DNA from: a virus
IMG/VR virus record: IMGVR_UViG_3300032223_003183
Span: 7,894-71,893 of that record
Length of the DNA: 64,000 bases
Strand: one strand, 5' to 3'
Within the stretch, counting starts at the first letter, position 1; each line of letters opens with the position of its first letter. This document shows positions 10,749 through 20,410 of the stretch, piece by piece. A program made the translations under genes and the position numbers. The notes beneath the pieces are model-generated. The model ran no database searches, was not told the DNA's origin, and worked only from the letters and a program-made list of their open reading frames with translations.

Positions 10749-11684
10749 ATGGTAAACGGAATATTATTAGGTCTAGTACAATCTGTACTAGGAAAAGGAC
10801 ATGCTACCTCTAAAGGTAATTATGCTTTTCATTGTCCCCTATGCAATCATAGAAAACCCAAATTAGAAATTAATTTAGTACCAACAACTAAGAATGAAAA
10901 TCCTTGGCATTGTTGGGCTTGTGACGTTAAGGGAAAAACCATTGCTTCTTTATTTAAAGCTGTAAAAGTAGATAAAGAAAAATATTCTGAACTAAACTCC
11001 ATACTAGGTACTACAACTAAAATAGACCAATCAGAATTTAATCTTAGCGTTGAATTACCAAAGGAATATAAACCATTATACAATTTATCAAAAACAGATA
11101 TTATTGCAAAACATGCCCTGTCTTACGTTAAAAAACGCGGTATAACACCCACAGATATACTTAAGTATCAAATAGGATACTGTGAAACAGGAAGATATGC
11201 TAATAAAATTATCATACCCAATTACGACGCAAATGGTAAGTTAAATTATTTTATAGCTCGTTCATTTGAAAAAGATCCATCTAGAAAATACGATGCAGTA
11301 TCTGCTGATAAAAATTCAATAATTGGATTCGAAAATTTAATAAATTGGAACTTACCTGTTATACTTTGTGAAGGAGCATTTGATGCAATTGCAATCAAAA
11401 GAAATGCTATTCCTTTATATGGTAAAACAATGTCAAAACAATTAACAAAAAAATTATTGTCTAACGATATTAAAGACATATATTTAGCATTGGATAGTGA
11501 TGCTCTAAAAAGCACATTAAAAATTGCCGGAGATCTACTCCACTCAGGAAAACGATTACATGTTGTGAAATTAGAAGGTAAAGACCCATCCGATATGGGC
11601 TTCGAGCATTTTACACATTTAGTACAAAATTCTCAAGAATTTACCTTTTCTGATCTTTTCTCACTTAAATTAGAAGTAAACTAA
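10749..11684 (+). CDS. DNA primase (DnaG-type, Zn finger + TOPRIM)
   Basis: FHCPLCNH...WHCWAC zinc finger; ILCEGAFDAI and LALDSDA TOPRIM motifs; KDPSD. Confidence 0.9.
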   Translation: MVNGILLGLVQSVLGKGHATSKGNYAFHCPLCNHRKPKLEINLVPTTKNENPWHCWACDVKGKTIASLFKAVKVDKEKYSELNSILGTTTKIDQSEFNLSVELPKEYKPLYNLSKTDIIAKHALSYVKKRGITPTDILKYQIGYCETGRYANKIIIPNYDANGKLNYFIARSFEKDPSRKYDAVSADKNSIIGFENLINWNLPVILCEGAFDAIAIKRNAIPLYGKTMSKQLTKKLLSNDIKDIYLALDSDALKSTLKIAGDLLHSGKRLHVVKLEGKDPSDMGFEHFTHLVQNSQEFTFSDLFSLKLEVN

Positions 11685-12448
11685 TGAAAAAATCTTACGA
11701 CAGAATTCTCCAAATTTCAGATGACCACAAACAAATCACATTACCTGATTCTAGGTTTTACAGACGAAATGGAGATTATTATCCTTCAATAACACACGTT
11801 TTATCTTATTACCCAAAAGGTGTTCATTTTGAAGATTGGTTAAAAAAGGTAGGTTATGCCTCAGAATACATTGTAAAAAAAGCAGCTGAAGAAGGAACCC
11901 AAGTACATAGTTTATGTGAAGATTACTTAAATGGAGAAGAATGTTCATTCTTAAATCAATATGGTAATCCTGCTTATCCACCTCAAGTATGGCAAATGTT
12001 TTTAAACTTTGTTGATTTTTGGGAAACTCATAAACCAACCTTAATTGAAACTGAAGTACATTTATTTTCAGATACTTTAAGAGTAGCAGGAACTTGTGAT
12101 TTAATTGTTGAGTTAAATGGTGAATTATGGGTTTTAGATTTAAAAACTTCTAATCACTTACAAACCACTTATGATTTACAAACAGCTGTTTATAGCCAAT
12201 GTTATGAAGAATGTTATGGTAAAACCATAAATAGACGTGGTATTTTATGGTTAAAATCTAAATCAAGAGGTGAAGATAAAACTGGTAAACGTTTAAAAGG
12301 TAAAAATTGGGAAATTGTTGAATCTGAAAGATCACAAGAACAAAATTTAAGTATTTTTAATAATGTTAAGGCTTTATTTGATTTAGAGAATCCTGCTCCA
12401 AAACCACATATTTTAACATTAAAAACCACAGTTAAAAGGGAAGTGTAA
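11684..12448 (+). CDS. PD-(D/E)XK exonuclease (Cas4/lambda-exonuclease-like)
   Basis: YPSITHVL, GTQVH, ETEV...AGTCDL...VLDLKTS, QTAVY motifs. Confidence 0.85.
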   Translation: MKKSYDRILQISDDHKQITLPDSRFYRRNGDYYPSITHVLSYYPKGVHFEDWLKKVGYASEYIVKKAAEEGTQVHSLCEDYLNGEECSFLNQYGNPAYPPQVWQMFLNFVDFWETHKPTLIETEVHLFSDTLRVAGTCDLIVELNGELWVLDLKTSNHLQTTYDLQTAVYSQCYEECYGKTINRRGILWLKSKSRGEDKTGKRLKGKNWEIVESERSQEQNLSIFNNVKALFDLENPAPKPHILTLKTTVKREV

Positions 12449-12449
12449 A

Positions 12450-12457
12450 TATTTATA
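12450..12457 (+). promoter_or_regulatory. TATTTATA putative late promoter
   Basis: Immediately after the exonuclease stop, 14 nt before ATG 12472. Confidence 0.6.
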
Positions 12458-12471
12458 TTAATAACATAAGA

Positions 12472-13269
12472 ATGATCAAATTAGCTACTTTATTAAAAGA
12501 AATAAAAGGTACACCTAAAGCTATATTTTTAGCTGGTTCAGCTGGAGTAGGAAAATCTTCTACTTACAAAGCAAACCCTAAATTTCCAACCCAACTTGAT
12601 AATCTACTTCCATCATCTTTCGAAATAATTAATTCAGATATTATTTATTCTAAATTACTTAATGCAAGTGGTATTGGTGGAGACCAAAAGAATTTTACTC
12701 CTGATCAATTATCTAAATCTTCTGAATTTCAATCTCAAGCTAGAAAAGATACAGATAAATTATTAGTTAAATCACTTGAAGATAAAAAAAATATTATTAT
12801 TGATGGAACAGGTGCTGCTTCAGGCCCTATTTTAAAGAAAAAACAACAATTAGAAGATTTAGGATACGAAACATTTATGGTAATGGTTTATGCCTCACCT
12901 TTAACTGCACTCCAACGTAATCAAGATCGTATAGAAAAAGGTGAAAGAAGTTTAATGCCTAGTATTGTTTTACGTACTTGGAAAGATGTTAATAAAAACA
13001 TTGGTGTTTACAAACAAGCGTTTGGAGATAATTTTGTTTTAATAGATAATGATTCTAAAGATTCAAATAAAGGTTTTTCACCCGAATTACTTAAACCATT
13101 CTTACAAGCCTCTTCTGCTATAGGAAAACCTAAAACCCCAGAAGAAATGGCTAAATCAGCAGCTGAAAAAGATGCTATGAATAAAGATATTGAAAATATG
13201 GTAAAAACATTACCTAAATTTGATGATATAAGTTCTGCTAAATCAAAAATTCAAAACTTTATACAATAA
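12472..13269 (+). CDS. P-loop kinase, zeta-toxin/AAA_33-like
   Basis: AIFLAGSAGVGKS Walker A; INSD; IIIDGTG; ALQRNQDR lid; N-terminal MIKLATLLKE leader. Confidence 0.8.
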   Translation: MIKLATLLKEIKGTPKAIFLAGSAGVGKSSTYKANPKFPTQLDNLLPSSFEIINSDIIYSKLLNASGIGGDQKNFTPDQLSKSSEFQSQARKDTDKLLVKSLEDKKNIIIDGTGAASGPILKKKQQLEDLGYETFMVMVYASPLTALQRNQDRIEKGERSLMPSIVLRTWKDVNKNIGVYKQAFGDNFVLIDNDSKDSNKGFSPELLKPFLQASSAIGKPKTPEEMAKSAAEKDAMNKDIENMVKTLPKFDDISSAKSKIQNFIQ

Positions 13270-14258
13270 TGAATATTGGTCAAGAAATAGTAAAAGAATT
13301 ATTAGAACAAACCTCTAAAAATATAGCTATATTTGGTGGTGGTTTTAAACCACCCACAAAAGGTCATTTTGAAGTAGCTAAACTAGCCCTAGAAAAATAT
13401 CCTAATATAGACGAATTTATTATAACAGTTGGAGGAGGTAAACCAACCAAAAGGAGAAATGGAGTTACACAAGAACAATCTATAGCCATTTGGAATATCT
13501 ATAAAAATTATCTACCAAATTCCAACAAAATTAAAGTTATAGCTTCACCAAGAACACCTGTACTTGATCCTAAAAAACTAGCAGTAAACCAACCTGAAGA
13601 TAATATTATTTGGATTCTGGGATCTAGAGAAGGTAATGATGAAGATGAAAAAGATGCAATATTACGTACAGCAGATATTGATAACTACCCTAACTTAAAA
13701 GTAGACGTAATATCAACCCCAGGTGAAGTTTCAGGTACTAAAGCTAGACAAGCTCTTAATGTTTCTAAAGAAGAATTCTTTAAATTTTTACCTGATGAAA
13801 TAGGAAAACAGAAAAATGATGTTTATGATCTTTTAACTGGAGATCAATCCCAAGAAAAATTTGTTCCTGGTCCTTTAGTTCACGAATCTAAAATTTTGAA
13901 GGAATCATTTACCCCACAAAAAGCTCCATTAATGAATAGATTTGTGGATTACACTTGTGATAGATTAAATATAGACAAACCACAAATTTTTGTTATTAAT
14001 TCCCCTTCATATGCCCCAGAGCATAAAAGTTTTGGAGGTTATTACCCACAAGAACAAAAAATAAACGTTGTAGTTCATAATAGAAATATGGCTGATATTT
14101 TAAGAACATTAGCTCACGAATTAGTTCACCACATGCAAAATTTAAATGGGGTAGAATTAAATGGTGAAGATGGTTCTAATACTGAGAATGAAGCTAATGC
14201 TATGGCAGGAATAATAATGAGAGAATTTGGGCGTGAAAATCCTGAAATATTTGAATAA
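13269..14258 (+). CDS. HIGH-family nucleotidyltransferase (cytidylyltransferase/NMNAT-like) fused to an HExxH metallopeptidase-like domain
   Basis: IFGGGFKPPTKGH (TxGH), VSGTKAR; C-terminal RTLAHELVHHMQ...ENEANAMAG. Confidence 0.8.
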   Translation: MNIGQEIVKELLEQTSKNIAIFGGGFKPPTKGHFEVAKLALEKYPNIDEFIITVGGGKPTKRRNGVTQEQSIAIWNIYKNYLPNSNKIKVIASPRTPVLDPKKLAVNQPEDNIIWILGSREGNDEDEKDAILRTADIDNYPNLKVDVISTPGEVSGTKARQALNVSKEEFFKFLPDEIGKQKNDVYDLLTGDQSQEKFVPGPLVHESKILKESFTPQKAPLMNRFVDYTCDRLNIDKPQIFVINSPSYAPEHKSFGGYYPQEQKINVVVHNRNMADILRTLAHELVHHMQNLNGVELNGEDGSNTENEANAMAGIIMREFGRENPEIFE

Positions 14259-14798
14259 ATGATATCATTAAGTAGTCTTTTCGAAGAAGAAAAACCAAAA
14301 ATAAACTACACTATCTATTGCGACATGGATGGTGTTCTTTGTGACTTTGAAGGTCGCTTTGAACACTTTACAGGAATGTCTCCTGATCAGTATAGAGCCG
14401 AAATGACTAGAAAATATGGCGAGAAAAAAGCTGTAGATATGTTTTGGAAATTAATTGATAATGAAATTGGAGTACGATTTTGGAGAGGAATGCCTTGGAT
14501 GCCTGGTGGTAGAGAATTATGGGACTATATTAAATCCTCCAATCCTACTTTACTTACAGCTCCTTCATATCATGATTCAAGTAAAATTGGAAAAACCTTA
14601 TGGGTTAAAGATCATATCCCAGGAGCTAAAATAATTTTTAAACAAGCTAAACAAAAATCTGATTTAGCAGGTCCAAACAAAATATTAATTGACGATAGAG
14701 AAGATACCATTATGGATTGGAAATCTAAAAAGGGTATTGGAATTTTATATAAAAACACAGATCAAGCAATAAACGAATTAAAACAATTAGGAATATAA
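14259..14798 (+). CDS. HAD phosphatase, 5'(3')-deoxyribonucleotidase (NT5C)-like
   Basis: IYCDMDGVLCDF motif I; LLTAP motif II; K...ILIDDRED motifs III/IV. Confidence 0.85.
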   Translation: MISLSSLFEEEKPKINYTIYCDMDGVLCDFEGRFEHFTGMSPDQYRAEMTRKYGEKKAVDMFWKLIDNEIGVRFWRGMPWMPGGRELWDYIKSSNPTLLTAPSYHDSSKIGKTLWVKDHIPGAKIIFKQAKQKSDLAGPNKILIDDREDTIMDWKSKKGIGILYKNTDQAINELKQLGI

Positions 14799-14801
14799 GT
14801 T

Positions 14802-15374
14802 ATGTCAACACAATTAAATAGAGAATTTTCTGAAAGAGACATTCAGAGAATGAGAAATATTATTACAGGTAATACTGCAGGTAATACTAGAATTCAAGCA
14901 GGTTACACTAAAGAACAAGTAAAACATACTGAAGGTGATGTATGGGAAGAAAACGGTAAAACCTGGACTATTCACAACGGTATTAAACAAACCGTCACTA
15001 AACATGACTCGCTAAAGGCAATGGTTGAATTCCCACTTACTTGCCCTTGTTGTTCTAAACCAATGAAAGATATTTCATTAAATAGAAAAATGTATAATAT
15101 ACATCAAAAATGTTTTGATTGTGTTGTTGAAATGGAAGGTAAATTAAGGGTAACAGGTGAGTATGAAGCATATGAAAAACAAATGCTAAATGATAATAAA
15201 AATGCTACTATAGACGATGCTGAACAAATGTTTGATGAATATTTTAATTCAAAAAATAATACATACGTTACCGAAGCAGGTGACATAGAAAAATGGGATG
15301 GAGGTAGTATTGATCCTGAAGTTATCAAAATGATCAAAGATAACATAAAACGACTAAGAAACTTAGAAATATAA
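14802..15374 (+). CDS. Hypothetical protein with a putative Zn finger
   Basis: CPCC...HQKCFDC. Confidence 0.6.
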   Translation: MSTQLNREFSERDIQRMRNIITGNTAGNTRIQAGYTKEQVKHTEGDVWEENGKTWTIHNGIKQTVTKHDSLKAMVEFPLTCPCCSKPMKDISLNRKMYNIHQKCFDCVVEMEGKLRVTGEYEAYEKQMLNDNKNATIDDAEQMFDEYFNSKNNTYVTEAGDIEKWDGGSIDPEVIKMIKDNIKRLRNLEI

Positions 15375-15375
15375 A

Positions 15376-15383
15376 TATTTATA
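15376..15383 (+). promoter_or_regulatory. TATTTATA putative late promoter
   Basis: 14 nt before ATG 15398. Confidence 0.6.
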
Positions 15384-15397
15384 TCAAAAAATAAACC

Positions 15398-16012
15398 ATG
15401 AGCAAACTAGACTTAAAAAACATAATCAAAGAAAGCATTTCTGATTACTTATCAGAATTAAACTCCGTTAATGAAAATGATCCTGCTGTGCCATCTGATT
15501 CTACAGGTATGGCTACTGATATGATGAAAAATGGATTACCTACACAAACCGGAACTCCAACTCTTAGAGAAAAATCCCCAGATATCGTATTAGAAAATAA
15601 TATTTCTAGAGACGGTAAACTTTATTTAGTTAAAGAAGCTTTAAATGAATCAACTGATTCAAATATGATAGAGGAAAAACTATTATTAGACTTGATTGGT
15701 GAAGGGTATACTGGTGTTTTTAATGATAAAAACAAAGCTATAACTCATAGTAAAAAAGCTCTTAAAGAGAGAGATTTAATGATGAAAGAAAATGTTAAAA
15801 AGGGTCAAGCTAAAGTTGGTGGTTTAGAAAAACAAGTAGCTGATTTAAAAGCACAAATGCAAAAATTAATTGATAACCCTGAAATGAGAGGTGAATTATC
15901 AAATTATACTGCTAAATTAGAAAAAACTGAACAAGTATTAGAAAAATTAAAAGCAGCATTAGAAAAATCTTCTCCTAAAAAAGTAAAGAAAGAGAAAAAA
16001 GATGACAAATAA
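15398..16012 (+). CDS. Hypothetical coiled-coil protein, putative internal head protein
   Basis: MSKLDLKNIIKE leader; several LxE/VxE sites; C-terminal coiled coil. Confidence 0.5.
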   Translation: MSKLDLKNIIKESISDYLSELNSVNENDPAVPSDSTGMATDMMKNGLPTQTGTPTLREKSPDIVLENNISRDGKLYLVKEALNESTDSNMIEEKLLLDLIGEGYTGVFNDKNKAITHSKKALKERDLMMKENVKKGQAKVGGLEKQVADLKAQMQKLIDNPEMRGELSNYTAKLEKTEQVLEKLKAALEKSSPKKVKKEKKDDK

Positions 16013-17516
16013 TCTTGAACTTTTAAAAAATCATCTATATAAGTTAATTAAAGAGGAACTTGAAGGTGGTGAAGAGGAAAAACAAGCAGGACCTGAAAAG
16101 GTTCTGTATGATTTAGTACTTGAGCCTGCTAATTTACAAGCAGCTTTAGATGCATTGCAAAATTCCAAAAATTATGGAATGTATGCTAAAAACTTAACAG
16201 ATCGAAATGAATATAATTCAATTTTTGGTCCTAGTAATCCTCCACAAAAAACCAATGCAGCCTGGAAAGATTGGGATTCTATGTTTCCAAAACCTGGAGC
16301 TAGTGAAGATCAAATAGATTCTTTACTTAATAAAAGACTTTGGAAAATAAAACAGATTAAAAGTAATAATCCTGAAGATTGGGAAAAGTTAAAAAATGTA
16401 TTAGGTGATAAGTTTAAGGACTACTCTATTGAAACCGGAAATGATTCTTTTGATGAATTTGTAGCATCATTACCTTCATCTGAATTAAAATTTGACAATG
16501 GTATTCCTTTCTTTGGTAAATCAGCAGGAAATTATTTTTTACCTAAAACAAAAGCAAATTCTGATAGATATACAGGTGTCTTTAAAGGCGATCAATATGT
16601 TGTAAAGGGAGACAAAATTATTTTTCCACAAAAGAAAAACCCATTCGAAACTAAAGATTACTTAACTAAAGTACTTAAAACTATAATGGGTAATGCTAAA
16701 TTACAATATAGCATATCTCAACAGGAATCAGAAGGTCAACCTGCAACTACTTCAAATGCCCAAGGTGCAGTTGAAAAAATTAACTTTGTTAAAACTTTTG
16801 ATACACCTGAATTAGCAAATAAATTTAAAAAATTAATACCAAAAGATTTTGCTTCAAAAACTGCTATTGATGGTAATAAAATCACAGTAGCTGATATTAC
16901 TGATTCGCAAAAGAAAAATTTAATACTAGCCTCACAAAAATTTATAGAATCTCAACCTAAAAAACCAATGAAAGAATCATTAAAAGAACAATTATCTCAA
17001 GTAATAAGAGAGGTATTGGCTGAAAAAAAATTAACTAAATCTCAACTTATAGCTAGAGATAAAGAAGAAAAAGACATTAAAAAGAAAAATCCTAAAATGC
17101 CTGAAGGTGAAGCTTATGGTATTGCTACTAAAAATGTAGAAAAGAAAAAAGCTGTAAAAGAAGGTGAAACTCGAGTTAATTCAAATACAGAAGATAGAAT
17201 ATCTTATTTAAAACATGTTTTACAACATGTTTGGAATATGGGTAAAGGTAATAATATGATTGATTTTGATTCTATGGCTGGAAGCACTGTTAGTGATTTA
17301 TTTGGTGATAATTTAGACGAAGCTCGTTTTCCAAAAGGAACAGACATTGGTCAAAAAGGATCTGGATTTGAAAAAATTGAAAAAAGTGTAGAAAAAAAAT
17401 ATATTAAATCCCATACTAAACCTGGTGAAAAACCTAGTACTGCCGTTAAACAACATGCTAAAACAGCAGGTGGGAATGTCGCAGGAAATATACTTAAAAA
17501 AGTAATAAAAAAATAA
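16002..17516 (+). CDS. Hypothetical multi-segment protein, putative internal head protein
   Basis: LYKLIKEELE leader; internal MKESLKEQLSQVIREVLAE, VKE and LDE linkers separating basic modules. Confidence 0.5.
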   Translation: MTNNLELLKNHLYKLIKEELEGGEEEKQAGPEKVLYDLVLEPANLQAALDALQNSKNYGMYAKNLTDRNEYNSIFGPSNPPQKTNAAWKDWDSMFPKPGASEDQIDSLLNKRLWKIKQIKSNNPEDWEKLKNVLGDKFKDYSIETGNDSFDEFVASLPSSELKFDNGIPFFGKSAGNYFLPKTKANSDRYTGVFKGDQYVVKGDKIIFPQKKNPFETKDYLTKVLKTIMGNAKLQYSISQQESEGQPATTSNAQGAVEKINFVKTFDTPELANKFKKLIPKDFASKTAIDGNKITVADITDSQKKNLILASQKFIESQPKKPMKESLKEQLSQVIREVLAEKKLTKSQLIARDKEEKDIKKKNPKMPEGEAYGIATKNVEKKKAVKEGETRVNSNTEDRISYLKHVLQHVWNMGKGNNMIDFDSMAGSTVSDLFGDNLDEARFPKGTDIGQKGSGFEKIEKSVEKKYIKSHTKPGEKPSTAVKQHAKTAGGNVAGNILKKVIKK

Positions 17517-17623
17517 TGTCAAAGTCAAGAAAAAAAGGTAAGCAAAAGCCTAACCACGGTAATCAAGTTAAAAGACAAAACGTTATTAAAAGTAACGAGC
17601 AAATCTTAGCTAAATTAAAATAA
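17516..17623 (+). CDS. Small basic peptide (35 aa, not in ORF track)
   Basis: MSKSRKKGKQKPNHGNQVKRQNVIKSNEQILAKLK; TAATG-coupled and exactly fills the gap. Confidence 0.55.
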   Translation: MSKSRKKGKQKPNHGNQVKRQNVIKSNEQILAKLK

Positions 17624-17624
17624 T

Positions 17625-18269
17625 ATGAATAATTTAGATATAAAATTCTTAATTAGAGAAACTTTAGAAAGAATATTACTAGAAGATAATTCAAAACAAC
17701 TTCAAGAAAATGTTCTATTAGTTGAAGATAAAGTATCTAAAAATTTACAATATCATTTAGATAAAAATATTCCTTTACATGAGAATGCTTTTAGATATGG
17801 TACTGAAGCTCAACTTAAATTATTTAAAGAAGTTAGAAGTCTTTTTAATGAAGGGAAATTATATTTAAATCCTGAAGATAGATGGTTAGTTGAAAATACT
17901 GACATTGGAAATTATGGATTATATGAAGGTCAATTTGTGGCTTTAGATGTACCTTTTCTTGAAGAAGAATTAAATGAAGCTGAATACCACGGTAAAAAAG
18001 TTGAATTAGGTAAACCACATAGAGGAGGTTCTAAGAAATTTTTCGTGTATGTTAAAGATCCTAAAACTAAAAAAATTAAAAAAGTACAATTTGGTGATTC
18101 AACAGGACTATCAGTTAAAATAAATGACCCAAAAGCAAGACATGCATTTGCTGCTCGTCATAAATGTGCTCAAGAAAAAAACAAATTATCAGCTAATTAC
18201 TGGGGTTGCCATATAGGACGATATTGGAAATCATTAGGTGGTAGTTCAAACTTTAGTGGGTACTGGTAA
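17625..18269 (+). CDS. Hypothetical protein with a basic C-terminal domain, putative internal head protein
   Basis: LIRETLE leader; after LNE comes a basic domain KKFFVYVKDPK...FGD...FAARHKC...ANYWGC. Confidence 0.55.
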   Translation: MNNLDIKFLIRETLERILLEDNSKQLQENVLLVEDKVSKNLQYHLDKNIPLHENAFRYGTEAQLKLFKEVRSLFNEGKLYLNPEDRWLVENTDIGNYGLYEGQFVALDVPFLEEELNEAEYHGKKVELGKPHRGGSKKFFVYVKDPKTKKIKKVQFGDSTGLSVKINDPKARHAFAARHKCAQEKNKLSANYWGCHIGRYWKSLGGSSNFSGYW

Positions 18270-18298
18270 TAATTAAATAACAATAAAACATAAAAATA

Positions 18299-18664
18299 AT
18301 GAGAAATTTTAATAAACTAGTTTCCCTTTTACTTCATTCAAGTACTCAAGTACATATATTTCACTTACAGACAAATTCATATTCTGAGCATAAAGCATTA
18401 AACAAGTATTATGATGAAATTGTAGAATTAGCAGATTCTTTAATTGAATCTTATCAAGGTAAATATGACATCGTAACTAATTATGAAAACCCACCTTTAC
18501 AAAATTATTCAGATAATGCACAAATAGTTGCTTATTTTTCTAGATTATCTGAACTTGTAAAAATGTTAAGACAAGAAATAGAAGATACATACCTTCAAAA
18601 TCAAATTGATTCTATAGTTGAATTAATAGAATCAACTAAATACAAATTAAGATTTTTAGCATAG
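18299..18664 (+). CDS. Ferritin/Dps-like four-helix protein
   Basis: HIFHLQT..YSEHKALNKYYDEI...D.LIESYQG...NQIDSI...YKL pattern. Confidence 0.65.
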   Translation: MRNFNKLVSLLLHSSTQVHIFHLQTNSYSEHKALNKYYDEIVELADSLIESYQGKYDIVTNYENPPLQNYSDNAQIVAYFSRLSELVKMLRQEIEDTYLQNQIDSIVELIESTKYKLRFLA

Positions 18665-19410
18665 TGATTAAACTTTCTGAAATATTAAACGAAATATTAT
18701 CTGAAAAAAAGCTATGTCCAAAAGGTAGAGCTTACTATGATCGTCGTATAAATGCTGGGGAAAAACCATCTGCTTATTTATCTGGTCGTGCTGAAAAAGT
18801 ATGTAAAGGACTAATGAAGGAAGATGAATTAGATGAAGGTTTAGAAGATACATCTTGGACTGGAAATAATGGCCAAAAAATAACACTACAACAACTTTTA
18901 GATGTTATAAAAAATTATCCTATTATACAAGTACCAATTGAAAAAGTTGAAAAAATAATTCTTAAAAAAGATAGTGGTGGTATTGAATCAGATAGATTAA
19001 GCACAGCTGATGTAAAATATCCTATCATTATTGTAATAGATGATAGCGGAAATTTTAAATATGTTTTAGATGGTAACCATAGGGCTAATAAAGCAATATC
19101 AGCAGGCTTAAAATCAATACCTGCAAAATTAGTAAATATTAAAAAATTACCACAAGAATTTCAAGACATTTTAAGTGAATCACTTGATGATTGGTTTAAA
19201 GAAAAATGGGTTCGTATAGATACACAAGGTAATATAACAGGTCCTTGTGGTACAATGAAAAAAGGCCATAAAACAACTCGTTGTTTACCACTTAAAAAAG
19301 CCCAAAGTTTAACCCAAGATGAACGTGCAGCAACATCTCGCAAAAAAACAGCGTCCAATAAACAGTTTGTACCTAATACAGATAAAGCAAAAGTAAAACA
19401 TAAAAAATGA
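18664..19410 (+). CDS. Multi-module protein with a central ParB/Srx-like domain
   Basis: GTG start; MIKLSEILNE leader; YPIIIV...VLDGNHRANKA ParB-like motif flanked by basic Cys-containing modules. Confidence 0.6.
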   Translation: MIKLSEILNEILSEKKLCPKGRAYYDRRINAGEKPSAYLSGRAEKVCKGLMKEDELDEGLEDTSWTGNNGQKITLQQLLDVIKNYPIIQVPIEKVEKIILKKDSGGIESDRLSTADVKYPIIIVIDDSGNFKYVLDGNHRANKAISAGLKSIPAKLVNIKKLPQEFQDILSESLDDWFKEKWVRIDTQGNITGPCGTMKKGHKTTRCLPLKKAQSLTQDERAATSRKKTASNKQFVPNTDKAKVKHKK

Positions 19411-19646
19411 TAAAATTAAGCCAATTATTAGAAGGACAACAACTAACAGAATTTAATTTTCCTGATGGTTTTCAACCTGCAAAATCTGTTCCTCAAGGAG
19501 GAGCAATGTGTGCTAATTGTGCTAAATGGGATAAAAAAAATCAAGTTTGTAAAGGGCAATATTATATTGAATGGAATGGTAATGGTGAAATACCTGCCGA
19601 TCCTACAGAATACGTTTGTATTTGGTGGGTAGATAAAAGAAAATAA
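19407..19646 (+). CDS. Small four-Cys protein, HiPIP-like motif
   Basis: CANCAKW...C...YVCIWW; MIKLSQLLE leader. Confidence 0.45.
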   Translation: MIKLSQLLEGQQLTEFNFPDGFQPAKSVPQGGAMCANCAKWDKKNQVCKGQYYIEWNGNGEIPADPTEYVCIWWVDKRK

Positions 19647-19648
19647 TT

Positions 19649-19993
19649 ATGATATCATTAAAAAACTTATTAAACGAAGGTACATTAGATAAAATATTCC
19701 ACTTAGATGGAATATTAATTGTAGATGATGCCGCTAGAAATCAAAAAGATATTTTATCTGATATTCGTTCCTTACCTGGAATTACAGTAGTAAGAAACGT
19801 AGAGATGGAACAAGATCCAACTTCAAGATATTTTAGAAGTAGAATAGAAACCAAAATTGATCCATACCCATATGTTAAACAAGATAAATTTGATTCTAAT
19901 ACTACTATAAAATTAATCTTAGATAACATTAGAAAAGTACCTGGAGTAATAGGATTTAAAGAACAAGGAAATGTAACCTCTACAGAAAGTTAA
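19649..19993 (+). CDS. Hypothetical protein (possible ferredoxin-like/ACT-type fold)
   Basis: Internal pseudo-repeat IRSLPGITVV / IRKVPGVIGF; MISLKNLLNE leader. Confidence 0.5.
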   Translation: MISLKNLLNEGTLDKIFHLDGILIVDDAARNQKDILSDIRSLPGITVVRNVEMEQDPTSRYFRSRIETKIDPYPYVKQDKFDSNTTIKLILDNIRKVPGVIGFKEQGNVTSTES

Positions 19994-19995
19994 AC

Positions 19996-20256
19996 ATGAG
20001 GCCCTACCAAGAAGTTATACAAGATAATACTAAAATAAGAAAATTTAGTTTAGATATAGATTCAAATGAATTAATGTGGCATAGAGATGAAAAAGATCGC
20101 TATGTCACTATTTTAGAAGGTAAAGATTGGGAATTTCAACTAGATAATGAATTACCTTTGGAACTTAAAAAAGGAGATTGTATATTTATACCTAAACAAA
20201 CATATCATAGAGTAATAAAAGGTACAACTGATTTGATAATTCAAATACAAGAATAA
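19996..20256 (+). CDS. Cupin-domain protein
   Basis: WHRDEKDR...LEG...LKKGDCIFIPKQTYHRV cupin motifs. Confidence 0.8.
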   Translation: MRPYQEVIQDNTKIRKFSLDIDSNELMWHRDEKDRYVTILEGKDWEFQLDNELPLELKKGDCIFIPKQTYHRVIKGTTDLIIQIQE

Positions 20257-20408
20257 TGACTAAAGCCGAATTAAAAGAAATAATTAAAAAAATTGTACTT
20301 GATGAGATGGTTAACATCCCTTCAGCACATAAAAGTATTAATGATAAGTTAATGCAAATTGCTAAACGTGAGAAGAAGGATGAAAATGAAGATAATCAAC
20401 AAAAATAA
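20256..20408 (+). CDS. Hypothetical protein (50 aa, not in ORF track)
   Basis: MTKAELKEIIKKIVLDEMVNIPSAHK...; TAATG-coupled; carries the shared leader type. Confidence 0.55.
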   Translation: MTKAELKEIIKKIVLDEMVNIPSAHKSINDKLMQIAKREKKDENEDNQQK

Positions 20409-20410
20409 AA

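Noticed and set aside
11684-12448. Cas4 of a CRISPR system
   Set aside because: No four-Cys Fe-S pattern recognised and no array; its position beside the primase fits a phage replication/recombination exonuclease.
12472-13269. Zeta toxin of a toxin-antitoxin pair
   Set aside because: No epsilon-like antitoxin upstream; only the general P-loop kinase fold is supported.
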